Source: Chloroflexota bacterium (lineage in GTDB: Bacteria; Chloroflexota; Limnocylindria; Limnocylindrales; CSP1-4). From it: a stretch of 64,000 nt of DNA. Made by a program: the position numbers and the translations under genes. This document shows positions 9,069 to 17,738 of this stretch, piece after piece. The DNA is taken from contig PNAP01000025.1 in assembly GCA_003169735.1 (NCBI GenBank), forward strand, positions 179 through 64,178. Reading direction: 5' to 3'. Positions within the stretch are counted from its first letter, which is position 1. Each line of letters begins with the position of its first letter. The notes under the pieces are model-generated. The model worked only from the letters and a program-made list of their open reading frames with translations. It made no database searches and was not told the DNA's origin.

Positions 9069-11336
9069 TCAGCAGGAGGTGCCGACGCGGTAATCCGAGC
9101 CGGGGCCGGCGCTGTCGTCCGGCTCGAGCAGGCCGCCGGCGGGCGTGCCGACCGAAGCGTAGGTCTGGGCCCCGGGCCCGGACAGCGCGGCGCTTTGCGC
9201 CGGTGCTCCGACGGTACTGAGCGGCGTGGAGATGGTGATGAACCCATTCGCAAGGTCCATCGAGCCCGTCGCCGTGCCAACGTTGTTGAAGAGCGAGCCG
9301 CCGGTCGCCGTCGTATCGACCGTCCCGTAGCTGTAATCGACCAGCAGGGTCGGGTCGTTCGGATTAGGCGTCGTGCCCGGATACTGCGCGCCGAGGTAGT
9401 ACTCGGTGCCGCCTGACTGCCAGGTGGCATACCAGTTGTCGCCATCACCGCCGAGGCCGGGATGGCCGACGGGATCGCTGTTCAGGCTGACCATGCGCAG
9501 TACGGTCGTGACGTTCGTGGCATCGCTGCTGAGGCCCATGGCCCGGATGTCCATCGCGTCGACGTTGCCGTTGGATGCGATCGGATGCGAGTCGCCGACC
9601 GGGTCCTTGAGGACGCGGCACGAAGGCGATGGCACCGTGGCCGGCGGTGTGGGGACCGTCGGCGGATGCGCGATGAGGGTGGCCGCCTGGGCGATGTCGA
9701 ACGAGCCGTTGCCCGTCGCGTAGTCCCAGCCGGGCGTGGCCGGATAGATGCCGACATCACCGAGGGTCACATCGTGGAAGCCGGCGCTGCCGGCCATCGC
9801 GTAGAGCCGCGGCGCGGCGAATCCGAGGGTGTTGCCGTTGACGGTCTGGAGTCGCGCCCAGACGCCGAGCGCGAGCGGCGACGCCAGGCTGGTGCCGCCG
9901 ATCTGTTCCGGCTGGCCGCCGACCATCACGGTCGCGCCCGTGTTCGGATCGGCGTCCATGGCGATGTCGGGCAGGTTCTTGCCGACGCACGCGACGGTGT
10001 CGACGCATGCCGAGCCGGTCGGCGGGGTCACGCCCTGCTGCCAGTAGGGCTGGTACTCGTAGAGGCTCGGCCCGCCGCCACCGGCGACCCAGGCGACTTC
10101 GTTGTTGTAGGTACCGTCGGCGTTGGCGAGCAGCGTCGTGCCGCCGACCGAGACGACATAGGAGGATGACGCGGGGTAGTTGACGTCGGGCACGCCGGCC
10201 GGGACGCCGTTGTTCGGCGCGACCGGGCAGAAGCTGCCGGTATCGCCGGATGAGGCGAACACGGTCTGGCCCTGCGCTGCGGCTTCGCTCATGACCTCGT
10301 CGTTGACGACCATGAAGCCATCCGCCCATGCCTGGTACTCGCACTCGCCGAAGCTGGCGCTGCCGGCGCGGGCGACGTCCTGGGTCACGAAACGGTTGAA
10401 CTCGAGGCCGATGTCCGCGTCGGTCAGCGACGTGGCGTCGTAGATGTAGAGATGCTTGACCGTGCCGGCGATGCCGGTCGAGGTCTGGGTATCCATGTCC
10501 CACTCGTCGGCACCGGCCGTGTCGGGGCTCTTGAGGCCGACCTTGACGACGCTGAACGGCACCTGCGGCAGCTTGTTGGTGGGGTCCGCCTCATAGCTTC
10601 GAAGGTCCTTGACCACCTGGGTCAGATCGCCTTCGGCGAAGATGGCGATGGGCGTGGCCGAGCCGCGCTTGGTGCCCCCGACGTCATAGACCTTCCAGAA
10701 GTCGCGCGCCGAATAGCCCTTGATGGTCGGCACGGTGTCGGCCGACGGCGCGGCCTGGTGCGGCAGCTGCATCGTCGAGGCGCTGGTCAGACCCAGGACG
10801 GCGACGACGGTGTTGCCCAGCGAGGTCGGCACGCGCGCCGGGCGCGAGTTGGCATAGATCTCGACGCCATGCTGGCGATAGCGCATCAGCGTCGTGTCGA
10901 AGGCGCTCTCCGCCTGCGACGCGGTGCCGTCGGCGGTCACGTAGAGACGGTTCGACTCGACGTGGACCTTGGTGAAGCCCTGCGATCGCAGGTAAGCGGC
11001 GACGGCCGCCGGTTGCGCGCTCGTCGGCCCGTAGCGCTCCGTGAACTGCGCCGGGGTCAGGTAGTGCCCGTACGCGGGCGTGCCCGCGATGGAGGCGTCG
11101 TGGGTGAACTGCGCCAGTCCGGCCTGATCGCGCAGGGCGAGACCGACCGAGATGCGCAGCGGCGTATTGGCCGCGAGCCGCCCAAGCGACGTCGCGTCGG
11201 CCAGGTTCTCCGTGCCGGTGCGCGTGGCGCTCCAGCCCGATGCCGCCGAGACGCCGGCGCCCGCGCCGAACGTCAGGACGAGCGCGAGACCCGCTCCCGC
11301 GAGCCCGAGGCGACTGATCCGATCCAAGGTGTCCAT
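9069..11336 (-). CDS. Secreted S53 family peptidase (sedolisin/kumamolisin-like) with C-terminal extra domain
   Basis: Signal peptide, pro-kumamolisin-like propeptide, catalytic segments SGDTGS and GGTSLASPLALG, and about 240 aa of extra C-terminal domain. ATG at 11336 with GGAGGA 14 nt upstream; the longer ORF start at 11474 has no signal peptide. Confidence 0.8.
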   Translation of the reverse strand: MDTLDRISRLGLAGAGLALVLTFGAGAGVSAASGWSATRTGTENLADATSLGRLAANTPLRISVGLALRDQAGLAQFTHDASIAGTPAYGHYLTPAQFTERYGPTSAQPAAVAAYLRSQGFTKVHVESNRLYVTADGTASQAESAFDTTLMRYRQHGVEIYANSRPARVPTSLGNTVVAVLGLTSASTMQLPHQAAPSADTVPTIKGYSARDFWKVYDVGGTKRGSATPIAIFAEGDLTQVVKDLRSYEADPTNKLPQVPFSVVKVGLKSPDTAGADEWDMDTQTSTGIAGTVKHLYIYDATSLTDADIGLEFNRFVTQDVARAGSASFGECEYQAWADGFMVVNDEVMSEAAAQGQTVFASSGDTGSFCPVAPNNGVPAGVPDVNYPASSSYVVSVGGTTLLANADGTYNNEVAWVAGGGGPSLYEYQPYWQQGVTPPTGSACVDTVACVGKNLPDIAMDADPNTGATVMVGGQPEQIGGTSLASPLALGVWARLQTVNGNTLGFAAPRLYAMAGSAGFHDVTLGDVGIYPATPGWDYATGNGSFDIAQAATLIAHPPTVPTPPATVPSPSCRVLKDPVGDSHPIASNGNVDAMDIRAMGLSSDATNVTTVLRMVSLNSDPVGHPGLGGDGDNWYATWQSGGTEYYLGAQYPGTTPNPNDPTLLVDYSYGTVDTTATGGSLFNNVGTATGSMDLANGFITISTPLSTVGAPAQSAALSGPGAQTYASVGTPAGGLLEPDDSAGPGSDYRVGTSC

Positions 11337-11360
11337 GGTTCGTGAGGTTCCTCCGCCTGT

Positions 11361-11381
11361 GACACCACGACCTGTGGTGTC
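11361..11381. promoter_or_regulatory. Perfect inverted repeat GACACCAC-N5-GTGGTGTC in the S53/trmB divergent intergenic region (candidate TrmB-type operator)
   Basis: 8-bp arms are exact reverse complements. A second, related palindrome CCACCA-ttgcaa-GTGGTG lies at 11410..11427. Confidence 0.35.
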
Positions 11382-11406
11382 GAGTGCGGCGCACCATAAC
11401 AGAGGG

Positions 11407-11436
11407 TTGCCACCATTGCAAGTGGTGTTGTAAAGT
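11407..11436 (+). promoter_or_regulatory. Candidate sigma70-like promoter for trmB (-35 TTGCCA, 18-nt spacer, -10 TAAAGT) overlapped by the second palindrome
   Basis: Hexamers read directly from the sequence. The CACCA/TGGTG palindrome sits in the spacer. Confidence 0.3.
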
Positions 11437-11475
11437 TCGCTCCAGCCCAGACGCAACCACCGCTCGGAGGGCACC

Positions 11476-12315
11476 GTGGAGATCCAGAACGAGGCCGAAC
11501 TGACCTCCCGACTGATCCAGCTCGGGCTGACCAGCTACGAGGCGAAGGCCTACCTCGCGCTCATCCGACGCGACTCGTTCACCGCGGCACAGGTCGCGCG
11601 GCAGGCGAACCTTCCCCGCCAGCGCATCTATGACGTGCTGGGCAGCCTCGTCGAGAAGGGCCTCGCGACCACGCGGCCCGGCGACGTCATCAAGTACGCG
11701 GCCACCGCTCCCGAACTCGCCATCGAGCGGCTGCTCGAGGCGCATCGCCAGAGCCTCGAAGGGCTGGAGATCGACGCGCGCGACACGATCAAGCGCATGA
11801 CCCCGGCCTGGGCGGCCGGGCAATCGCACACCGATCCGCTCGAGTACATCGAGGTGCTGCGTGACCGGCGCGCCATCAACGAGCGTTTCGGCGAGCTGCA
11901 GGCATCGGTGAAGAAGGAGATCCTCGTCTTCACCAAGCCGCCCTACGCCACGCCGCCGCAGGAGAACGACGAGGGCATCGCGGTCACCCAGACCCACACC
12001 GCCCGCAGCGTCTACGAGTTCTCCGCCTTCGATGATCCGCGCTTCATCGCTGGCGTCAAGGCGTTCGTGGCGGCCGGGGAGGAGGCCCGTTTCGTCCCCG
12101 AGCTGCCGCTCAAGCTGGTCATCATCGACGAGACCATCGTCATGTTCGGCATGGAGGATCCGGTCGCCGGCACGACCGAACTGACCATCGTCGTCGTCGA
12201 ACACCCGTCGCTTGCCAAGACACTGAAACTGTCGTTCGACGCGGTCTGGGCATCGGGGCTGACATTCGAAGAGGCGCAGCAGCGTCTCCAGGATCGGCAA
12301 CTCGAACCGGCGTAG
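11476..12315 (+). CDS. TrmB family transcriptional regulator
   Basis: N-terminal wHTH LGLTSYEAKAYLALIRRDSFTAAQVARQANLPRQRIYDVLGSLVEKGL and a TrmB-like C-terminal sensor domain. GTG start with GGAGGG Shine-Dalgarno 5 nt upstream. Confidence 0.8.
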   Translation: MEIQNEAELTSRLIQLGLTSYEAKAYLALIRRDSFTAAQVARQANLPRQRIYDVLGSLVEKGLATTRPGDVIKYAATAPELAIERLLEAHRQSLEGLEIDARDTIKRMTPAWAAGQSHTDPLEYIEVLRDRRAINERFGELQASVKKEILVFTKPPYATPPQENDEGIAVTQTHTARSVYEFSAFDDPRFIAGVKAFVAAGEEARFVPELPLKLVIIDETIVMFGMEDPVAGTTELTIVVVEHPSLAKTLKLSFDAVWASGLTFEEAQQRLQDRQLEPA

Positions 12316-12347
12316 GCAGGCGCCACACAAGCACAGGAGATGACGAG

Positions 12348-15068
12348 ATGAGGATCCGCGTCGCGGCCGCCCTGGTCGCCCTCCTCGCAGTGGGGATCGT
12401 GGCCGCGCCGACGGTAGCCGCCGGAGGCGTAGCCGCCATCGGCAAGACCGCCCATCCGAAGCCCGCGGCCGACGGAGCGACGCCGTTCCGCGACGGCCTT
12501 GCGGACCTGCTCGCTCACCCGGAGCGTGTCGACGCGCGCGTCCCGTCACTCATCGCCGGCTACACCGCGGGTGAGGTGCCCGTGCTGGCCAAACTGCGCC
12601 GCCAGCCGACGACGAGCGATCTCCGTCAACTGCGACACCTCGGCGCGCGCGTCCTGCGCACGTACGTGACCATCCCGGTCGTGGCGTTGTCTGGCCAGCC
12701 GTCGGCGATCACCGCCGTGGCGCAGCTCGCGTGGGTGCGCTGGATGGTGCCGATCGAAGTCGTCCAACTGCTGTCCGAGCCCGAGGTCGATCAATCGAAC
12801 CCACCCACCGGCGGCCCCATCGACGTCGGCGTGCCCGCGCTCTGGGACGAGGGCATGACCGGTCAGGGCGTGACCATCGCCGTCCTCGACACGGGCGTGG
12901 ACATGACCCATCCCGATCTCGACGACAACGATTTCCGCGCGTGGGGCGATCCACCCAACGCCCCGGTGCTGACCAACGGGCCTAAGGTGATCCAGGCGCG
13001 CAATTTCAACGAGGGCGCATGCGCCGTCCCCGACAGCGGCGCCTTCGACGGACACGGCCACGGCACGCACGTTGCGGCCATCGCGGCGGGGACCGGCGAG
13101 GGCGATCCGACCACCTCGAGCGACGACGGCCTCCACATGGGCATGGCCCCGGACGCGACGCTGGCGGTCGCCAAGGTCCTGACCGATGCCGGGATCGGCG
13201 TCAACAGTGACCTCCTGGCCGCGCTCGAGTGGGCAGCCATGCCCGCCGGCAGCGGATCACCGACCTGCCCGGCCGTCGGAGCGCAGGTGGTCAACACCAG
13301 CCTCGGCACCGACTCGCGCCCGACCCGCCTGAACTCCGGTCATGACACCGACCTCGTCAGCCAGATGGTCGATACCCTGGCAACGAAGTACGGGACGGTC
13401 TTCGTCGCCGCGGTCGGCAACAGCGGCCCGTACATCGGCAGCGCGCTCGAGGCACCGGGCGGTGCCTCGCAGGCCCTTTCGGTGGGCGCCACGGCCAAGG
13501 ATTGGGACGTCGATCACGATGCGACCGCGGCCGGCGACACGTGTTCCGGCTATCAGCACACGCAGCCTACCTGCCCGGCTGACGCCCCCGGCACGCAGCG
13601 CACGTCACTCGCCGAGTTCTCGTCGCGCGGCCCTCTCGAGGGTCGCCTCCTGAAGCCCGATGTGGTCGCGCCCGGCTACGACATCGTCTCGGCGCAGGCC
13701 GCGGAGGGCGCCGCCCTCGCCTCCAACGATCTCAACATGGGCACGCGCACCGACCCGTACTACGCCACCGCGAGCGGCACGTCGATGGCGTCGCCGGCGA
13801 CGGCGGGCGTGGTCGCGCTGTTGCTCGACGGCTATCACGACCGATATGGCAAGGCACCGCAGGGACCTTCCGGCGTGGCTGGGTTCAAGGCGAGCGCCGA
13901 GGTCCTCGTCCGTGCCGCGCTGATGAATACGGCCGACTCCGGGCTCTACGAGTCGCGCTGGATCCTGACGACCGATGACGGCACGGTCTCATCGGCAGCG
14001 GGGTGCCCCGTGCCCGACCCGCTCGCGCCGACGGTGTGCAGTTTCGCCGACATCATCACCGGTGGACTGACCGGTTCGCTGGTCTTGGCCGGGACGCGCA
14101 ACGGCCCCACCGACCCGTATGTCGGTCCACTCGCCGAAGGCGCCGGCAAGATCCAGCCGGCCGCCGCGATCGCGGCGCTGCGCGACGGCGTGGTCATCTA
14201 CCGCGCTGCGAGTCACGCATCGGCGGCGACCCTTCCCGGCGATACCGCGTACCAGGGCGCGTGGATGATCACCAACGCCGTCCCGGGCAAGATCGAGACG
14301 GATCCGTTCATCCTGCGCAACGCTCCCGGCGCCCCGGCCACGGTCGCACGCTTCCGGTTCGCGTCTGGCAACCCGAGCGACGGCAGCCACGCCATCCCGA
14401 CCGGTTCGGCGCCGGGCGCATGGACGATCCAGCTGCCGAAACCGACCGCCGTGCGCGCCGGCGGCAGCGCCAAGGTGGGCTTCAGCATCACGCCGCCCCC
14501 GGGCACGCCCGCTGGCACCTACTCGGGCGCCGTCATCGTCGAGGTCGCCAACGGGCAGCATCTCCGCATCCCCGTCCTGGCGACGGTCGCCCTTCACGAC
14601 CCCGACCTGGCCGCCGGCAACGCGCCGAGCCCCCGATGCGAGATCGTCTCGGACCACGACGTCTTCGCCAAGGGCGACACGGTCTGGCCATCGGCGGCTG
14701 GTGTCGCCAACGGCGCCATGTCCGACTGGCTCGTGTATCCCGTCGACCTGGCGCCCGGCCTCGCCTACGCGCGCTTCTCGGTCTACGACGCCGCGGCCGG
14801 CGACGAGACCTACGACCTGTACCTCTACGCGAGCGACTTCTCGCTCGTCTCGAGCACGCACCCGTTCGCTGCGCCGGGCGTGACCGACGTGAACGCCAAC
14901 AACGCGCGTGGTCCATCGACGCAAGCCGATCCGCAGGTCCTCGTCCTCGATCACCCGACGTCCACGAGGTACTACATCGCCGTCAGCCGGGCGCGCGTGG
15001 GCACGGTCGACGCGATCAACGGCGACTTCGGAGCCTTCGTGCTGACACTCGACGAGGTGGGGCCCTGA
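12348..15068 (+). CDS. Secreted S8 family serine peptidase (subtilase) with large C-terminal beta-sandwich extensions
   Basis: Signal peptide; catalytic triad motifs VLDTGVD (Asp), HGTHVAA (His) and GTSMASP (Ser); about 400 aa of additional C-terminal domains. Confidence 0.85.
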   Translation: MRIRVAAALVALLAVGIVAAPTVAAGGVAAIGKTAHPKPAADGATPFRDGLADLLAHPERVDARVPSLIAGYTAGEVPVLAKLRRQPTTSDLRQLRHLGARVLRTYVTIPVVALSGQPSAITAVAQLAWVRWMVPIEVVQLLSEPEVDQSNPPTGGPIDVGVPALWDEGMTGQGVTIAVLDTGVDMTHPDLDDNDFRAWGDPPNAPVLTNGPKVIQARNFNEGACAVPDSGAFDGHGHGTHVAAIAAGTGEGDPTTSSDDGLHMGMAPDATLAVAKVLTDAGIGVNSDLLAALEWAAMPAGSGSPTCPAVGAQVVNTSLGTDSRPTRLNSGHDTDLVSQMVDTLATKYGTVFVAAVGNSGPYIGSALEAPGGASQALSVGATAKDWDVDHDATAAGDTCSGYQHTQPTCPADAPGTQRTSLAEFSSRGPLEGRLLKPDVVAPGYDIVSAQAAEGAALASNDLNMGTRTDPYYATASGTSMASPATAGVVALLLDGYHDRYGKAPQGPSGVAGFKASAEVLVRAALMNTADSGLYESRWILTTDDGTVSSAAGCPVPDPLAPTVCSFADIITGGLTGSLVLAGTRNGPTDPYVGPLAEGAGKIQPAAAIAALRDGVVIYRAASHASAATLPGDTAYQGAWMITNAVPGKIETDPFILRNAPGAPATVARFRFASGNPSDGSHAIPTGSAPGAWTIQLPKPTAVRAGGSAKVGFSITPPPGTPAGTYSGAVIVEVANGQHLRIPVLATVALHDPDLAAGNAPSPRCEIVSDHDVFAKGDTVWPSAAGVANGAMSDWLVYPVDLAPGLAYARFSVYDAAAGDETYDLYLYASDFSLVSSTHPFAAPGVTDVNANNARGPSTQADPQVLVLDHPTSTRYYIAVSRARVGTVDAINGDFGAFVLTLDEVGP

Positions 15069-15980
15069 CTACGCCTCGGCCGGGAGGCCCTCGAAGAGAT
15101 CCGTTTCGGGGATGCGCACACCGACGTCCGAGACGCGCAGGGTGAAGTCCTCGGTCGGCTGGACCGCCCGCCACTCATCCGGGGAGAGCATCAGGAAGAA
15201 CCCGTCGGCGGGAAGTTGCGTCACGTGCTCGCGCATCGCGGCCAGCTTGGCCTCGAACGCGTCTGAGACGTCCACGCGCGTGGTCACCGGACCCTGCGCA
15301 TCGGCCATCTTCTTCATGTGGGCTTCGCGGCCGGCCCGCTGCTCGTCGGTCTCGTCCTCGGGCGGCGTCCACCAGGTCTTGACGCCCTTCTCCCTGAGCA
15401 GGTCCTGGAACTCCTGCCGACGGGCGATGTCGAGCACGGTCTCGTACAGCTTGAGAGGCTGCCACGGCTCCAGGCCGTCCTTGAGTTGCTCGGGATACGC
15501 GGCCGAGTCGCCGGCGCGTTCGAAGGCGCGCTTGGTCGTGGTCGCGGCGCGGATGTGGTCGGGATGGCCATAACCGCCGAAATCGTTGTACGAGACGAGC
15601 ACCTGCGGGCGGTACCGGCGGATGAGGAGCACCAGGCGACCGGCGGCCTCGTCCTCGTCGGCCTGCCAGAAGCTGCGCTTGTCCCCGTTCTGTGGCGTGC
15701 CCATCATCCCCGAGTCGTGATAGCCGAGCCACTCGTGCTCGATCGGGCCGAGGCGGGCCAGGGCGCGTTTGAGTTCCTCGGCGCGGATCTCGGCCAGTCG
15801 GGCGTGGTTCTCGGGCGTGTCCATCTCGGGCACGACGATCTCGCCGTGCTCACCGCCCGTGCAGGTGACGCAGATGACGCGGTCGCCCGCGTGCGCGTAG
15901 CGCGACATGACGCCGCCGGTGGCGATCGTCTCGTCGTCGGGGTGGGCATGGACGGTCATGAGGGAGTGTCGATCAGCCAT
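15069..15980 (-). CDS. mca: Mca/MshB (LmbE/PIG-L) family zinc amidase; mycothiol S-conjugate amidase-like
   Basis: TVHAHPDDE, TGGEHGEI, YNDFGGYGHPDHI and C-terminal ETDLFEG align along the whole length with mycobacterial Mca. The stop abuts the convergent S8 gene stop. Confidence 0.75.
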   Translation of the reverse strand: MADRHSLMTVHAHPDDETIATGGVMSRYAHAGDRVICVTCTGGEHGEIVVPEMDTPENHARLAEIRAEELKRALARLGPIEHEWLGYHDSGMMGTPQNGDKRSFWQADEDEAAGRLVLLIRRYRPQVLVSYNDFGGYGHPDHIRAATTTKRAFERAGDSAAYPEQLKDGLEPWQPLKLYETVLDIARRQEFQDLLREKGVKTWWTPPEDETDEQRAGREAHMKKMADAQGPVTTRVDVSDAFEAKLAAMREHVTQLPADGFFLMLSPDEWRAVQPTEDFTLRVSDVGVRIPETDLFEGLPAEA

Positions 15981-16833
15981 GGTCGGATGCTACCCGAGGT
16001 GCGGCGCGGACCGTCGGCCAGAGGGCCAGATCGATCTCCGGGGCGAGTGCAGCGAGTTCGGCAAGGTCGGGCGCATAGGCAGCGGCGAGCGTTGCGCGGA
16101 GGGCGGCCGACAGCTCGAGCTTGTGCCCGGTGGTCGGGTTGACTGGACGCTCGAACGCGCTGGCCGGCGGGCTGAACGGGCGGAGGCCGAGGAAGTCGAA
16201 CGTCCTGGCCAGCTCGGCGGCCGGGTCAGCCCGGCAACGCTCGTACTGGAGGATCAGCACCTGATCGTGCGGCAGGGCCCGGAAGACCCGCCGGAGCTGC
16301 TGCGAGTAGAGGCCGCGCTGGAAGGCGCCCATCGCACCCAGCCGGTCGAGCGGCGACCGCGACAGCTCCTCGGTGTGGGCCATGCTCGACCGGTAGCGCT
16401 CCACGGGGTCGCGCAGGAGGATCAGGATGCGTGCCTCGGGCGCTGCGCGGTGGATGAGCGCCGGAGCCCAGAAGTCGATCATGTAGCCGGGCGTCCACTC
16501 GCCGGAACGGCCGCCCGCCGGCCGCGGGAAGTAGCGGGCGTAGAGCGCCGCGTCCGCGGTCGTGAAGGGGCGCTCCCAGTAGCCGTCGAAGAAGTGCAGC
16601 TCCTTCGGCTGGCTGGCGATGCGATGCACGTCGGGGTGCTCGTGGATGAGCGCGCTCCACCAGGACGTGCCCGCCTTCTGCGCCCCGATGCCCACGAAAT
16701 CGGGCGGTCCGGCGACCCAACCGCGCGGCGTTCCTGGCGGGGCGCCGGGTCCGGGCGGCCTGTGGCCGCGCCATCGCCGCACGGTTCGCAACCCGCGGAC
16801 GGCCTGTTGGCGCACCCGTGCCGATGTCGTCAT
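15973..16833 (-). CDS. PAPS-dependent sulfotransferase family protein, paralog A
   Basis: 5'-PSB loop GIGAQKAGTSWW and 3'-PB motif LLRDPVERYRS. The ATG at 16833 overlaps the stop of paralog B (ATGA), and the stop overlaps the mca start by 8 nt. It is the internal portion of ORF 15973..17070. Confidence 0.7.
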   Translation of the reverse strand: MTTSARVRQQAVRGLRTVRRWRGHRPPGPGAPPGTPRGWVAGPPDFVGIGAQKAGTSWWSALIHEHPDVHRIASQPKELHFFDGYWERPFTTADAALYARYFPRPAGGRSGEWTPGYMIDFWAPALIHRAAPEARILILLRDPVERYRSSMAHTEELSRSPLDRLGAMGAFQRGLYSQQLRRVFRALPHDQVLILQYERCRADPAAELARTFDFLGLRPFSPPASAFERPVNPTTGHKLELSAALRATLAAAYAPDLAELAALAPEIDLALWPTVRAAPRVASDHG

Positions 16834-17720
16834 CGGCCGAACCCGCTCCACAGTGACGGGTCGAAGTCGTCCGGCAGCAGCGCGGCGAGGCGCGCGTTCT
16901 CCGGCGCGTAGGCGTCGGCCAGGGCGGCGCGCTGGTCGGGGCGCAGCTCCGTCTTGGCGACGCGCGATTCGTTGACGCGCCGATCGACGTCGATGGCGTC
17001 GGCGGCGTCCGGATCGAGCCCCAGGAATGCGAAGGTCCGACGCAGCTCTCCGCGTGGATCGCGGACGCAACGCTCGAACTGGAGCACCAGCACCTGCTCA
17101 CGCGGGAAGATCGACCACAGGCGCAGCAGCTGGTCGGCGTAGCAACCTCGCTGGAAGCCGCCGTTGGCGGCGGCGCGCGCCGTCCAGGCAAGCGTCAGGC
17201 GGTTCTCGGTCAGCGTCACGCCGGAGCGGAAGCGCTCGATCGGGTCGCGCAGGAGGACCAGCAGCCTGGCCTCGGGGGCCGCCCGCCGGAGCAGCGCCGG
17301 GATCCAGAAATCGACCATGTAGCCGGGCGTCCACTCGCCGGCCCTGCCACCCGCCGGTCGCGGGAAGAAGCGCGCGTAGGTCGCGGCGTCTGCCTCGCGA
17401 TAGCTGCCGTCCCAGAAGCGGTCGAAGAAGTGGACCTCCTTCGGGACGCCTTCGGCGCGATGGACGAGGGGATGGGTGTGGATCAGCTCATCCCACCAGG
17501 TCGTCCCCGAGCGGGCGGTCCCGACACCGACGAAATCGGGCGGAGCGACGATCCAGCCGGGTGGCGTGGCCGGAGGCTCGTTCCGGGCGGGCGGGGCGGC
17601 CCCACCACCACTTCGAGCGAGGCCGCTGATGCCGCGCGCGATCTTTCGGACGCCGGTCACCGGGCGCGGGGCGAGGGATGCATCGCGGCGATGATACGGG
17701 AGGGCTTCGGGGGCTAGCAT
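16830..17720 (-). CDS. PAPS-dependent sulfotransferase family protein, paralog B
   Basis: GVGTARSGTTWW and LLRDPIERFRS; the last 296 codons of ORF 16830..18962. The upstream 400 codons of that ORF are antisense to the CoA-transferase gene and are rejected. ATG at 17720. Confidence 0.65.
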   Translation of the reverse strand: MLAPEALPYHRRDASLAPRPVTGVRKIARGISGLARSGGGAAPPARNEPPATPPGWIVAPPDFVGVGTARSGTTWWDELIHTHPLVHRAEGVPKEVHFFDRFWDGSYREADAATYARFFPRPAGGRAGEWTPGYMVDFWIPALLRRAAPEARLLVLLRDPIERFRSGVTLTENRLTLAWTARAAANGGFQRGCYADQLLRLWSIFPREQVLVLQFERCVRDPRGELRRTFAFLGLDPDAADAIDVDRRVNESRVAKTELRPDQRAALADAYAPENARLAALLPDDFDPSLWSGFGR

Positions 17721-17738
17721 CGGCGCGTGCCTGACCCC

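Noticed and set aside
10684-12549. 621-aa minus-strand ORF
   Set aside because: It is antisense to the trmB and S8 peptidase genes. The translation is Arg/Gly/Pro-rich with no motifs, the typical high-GC antisense artefact.
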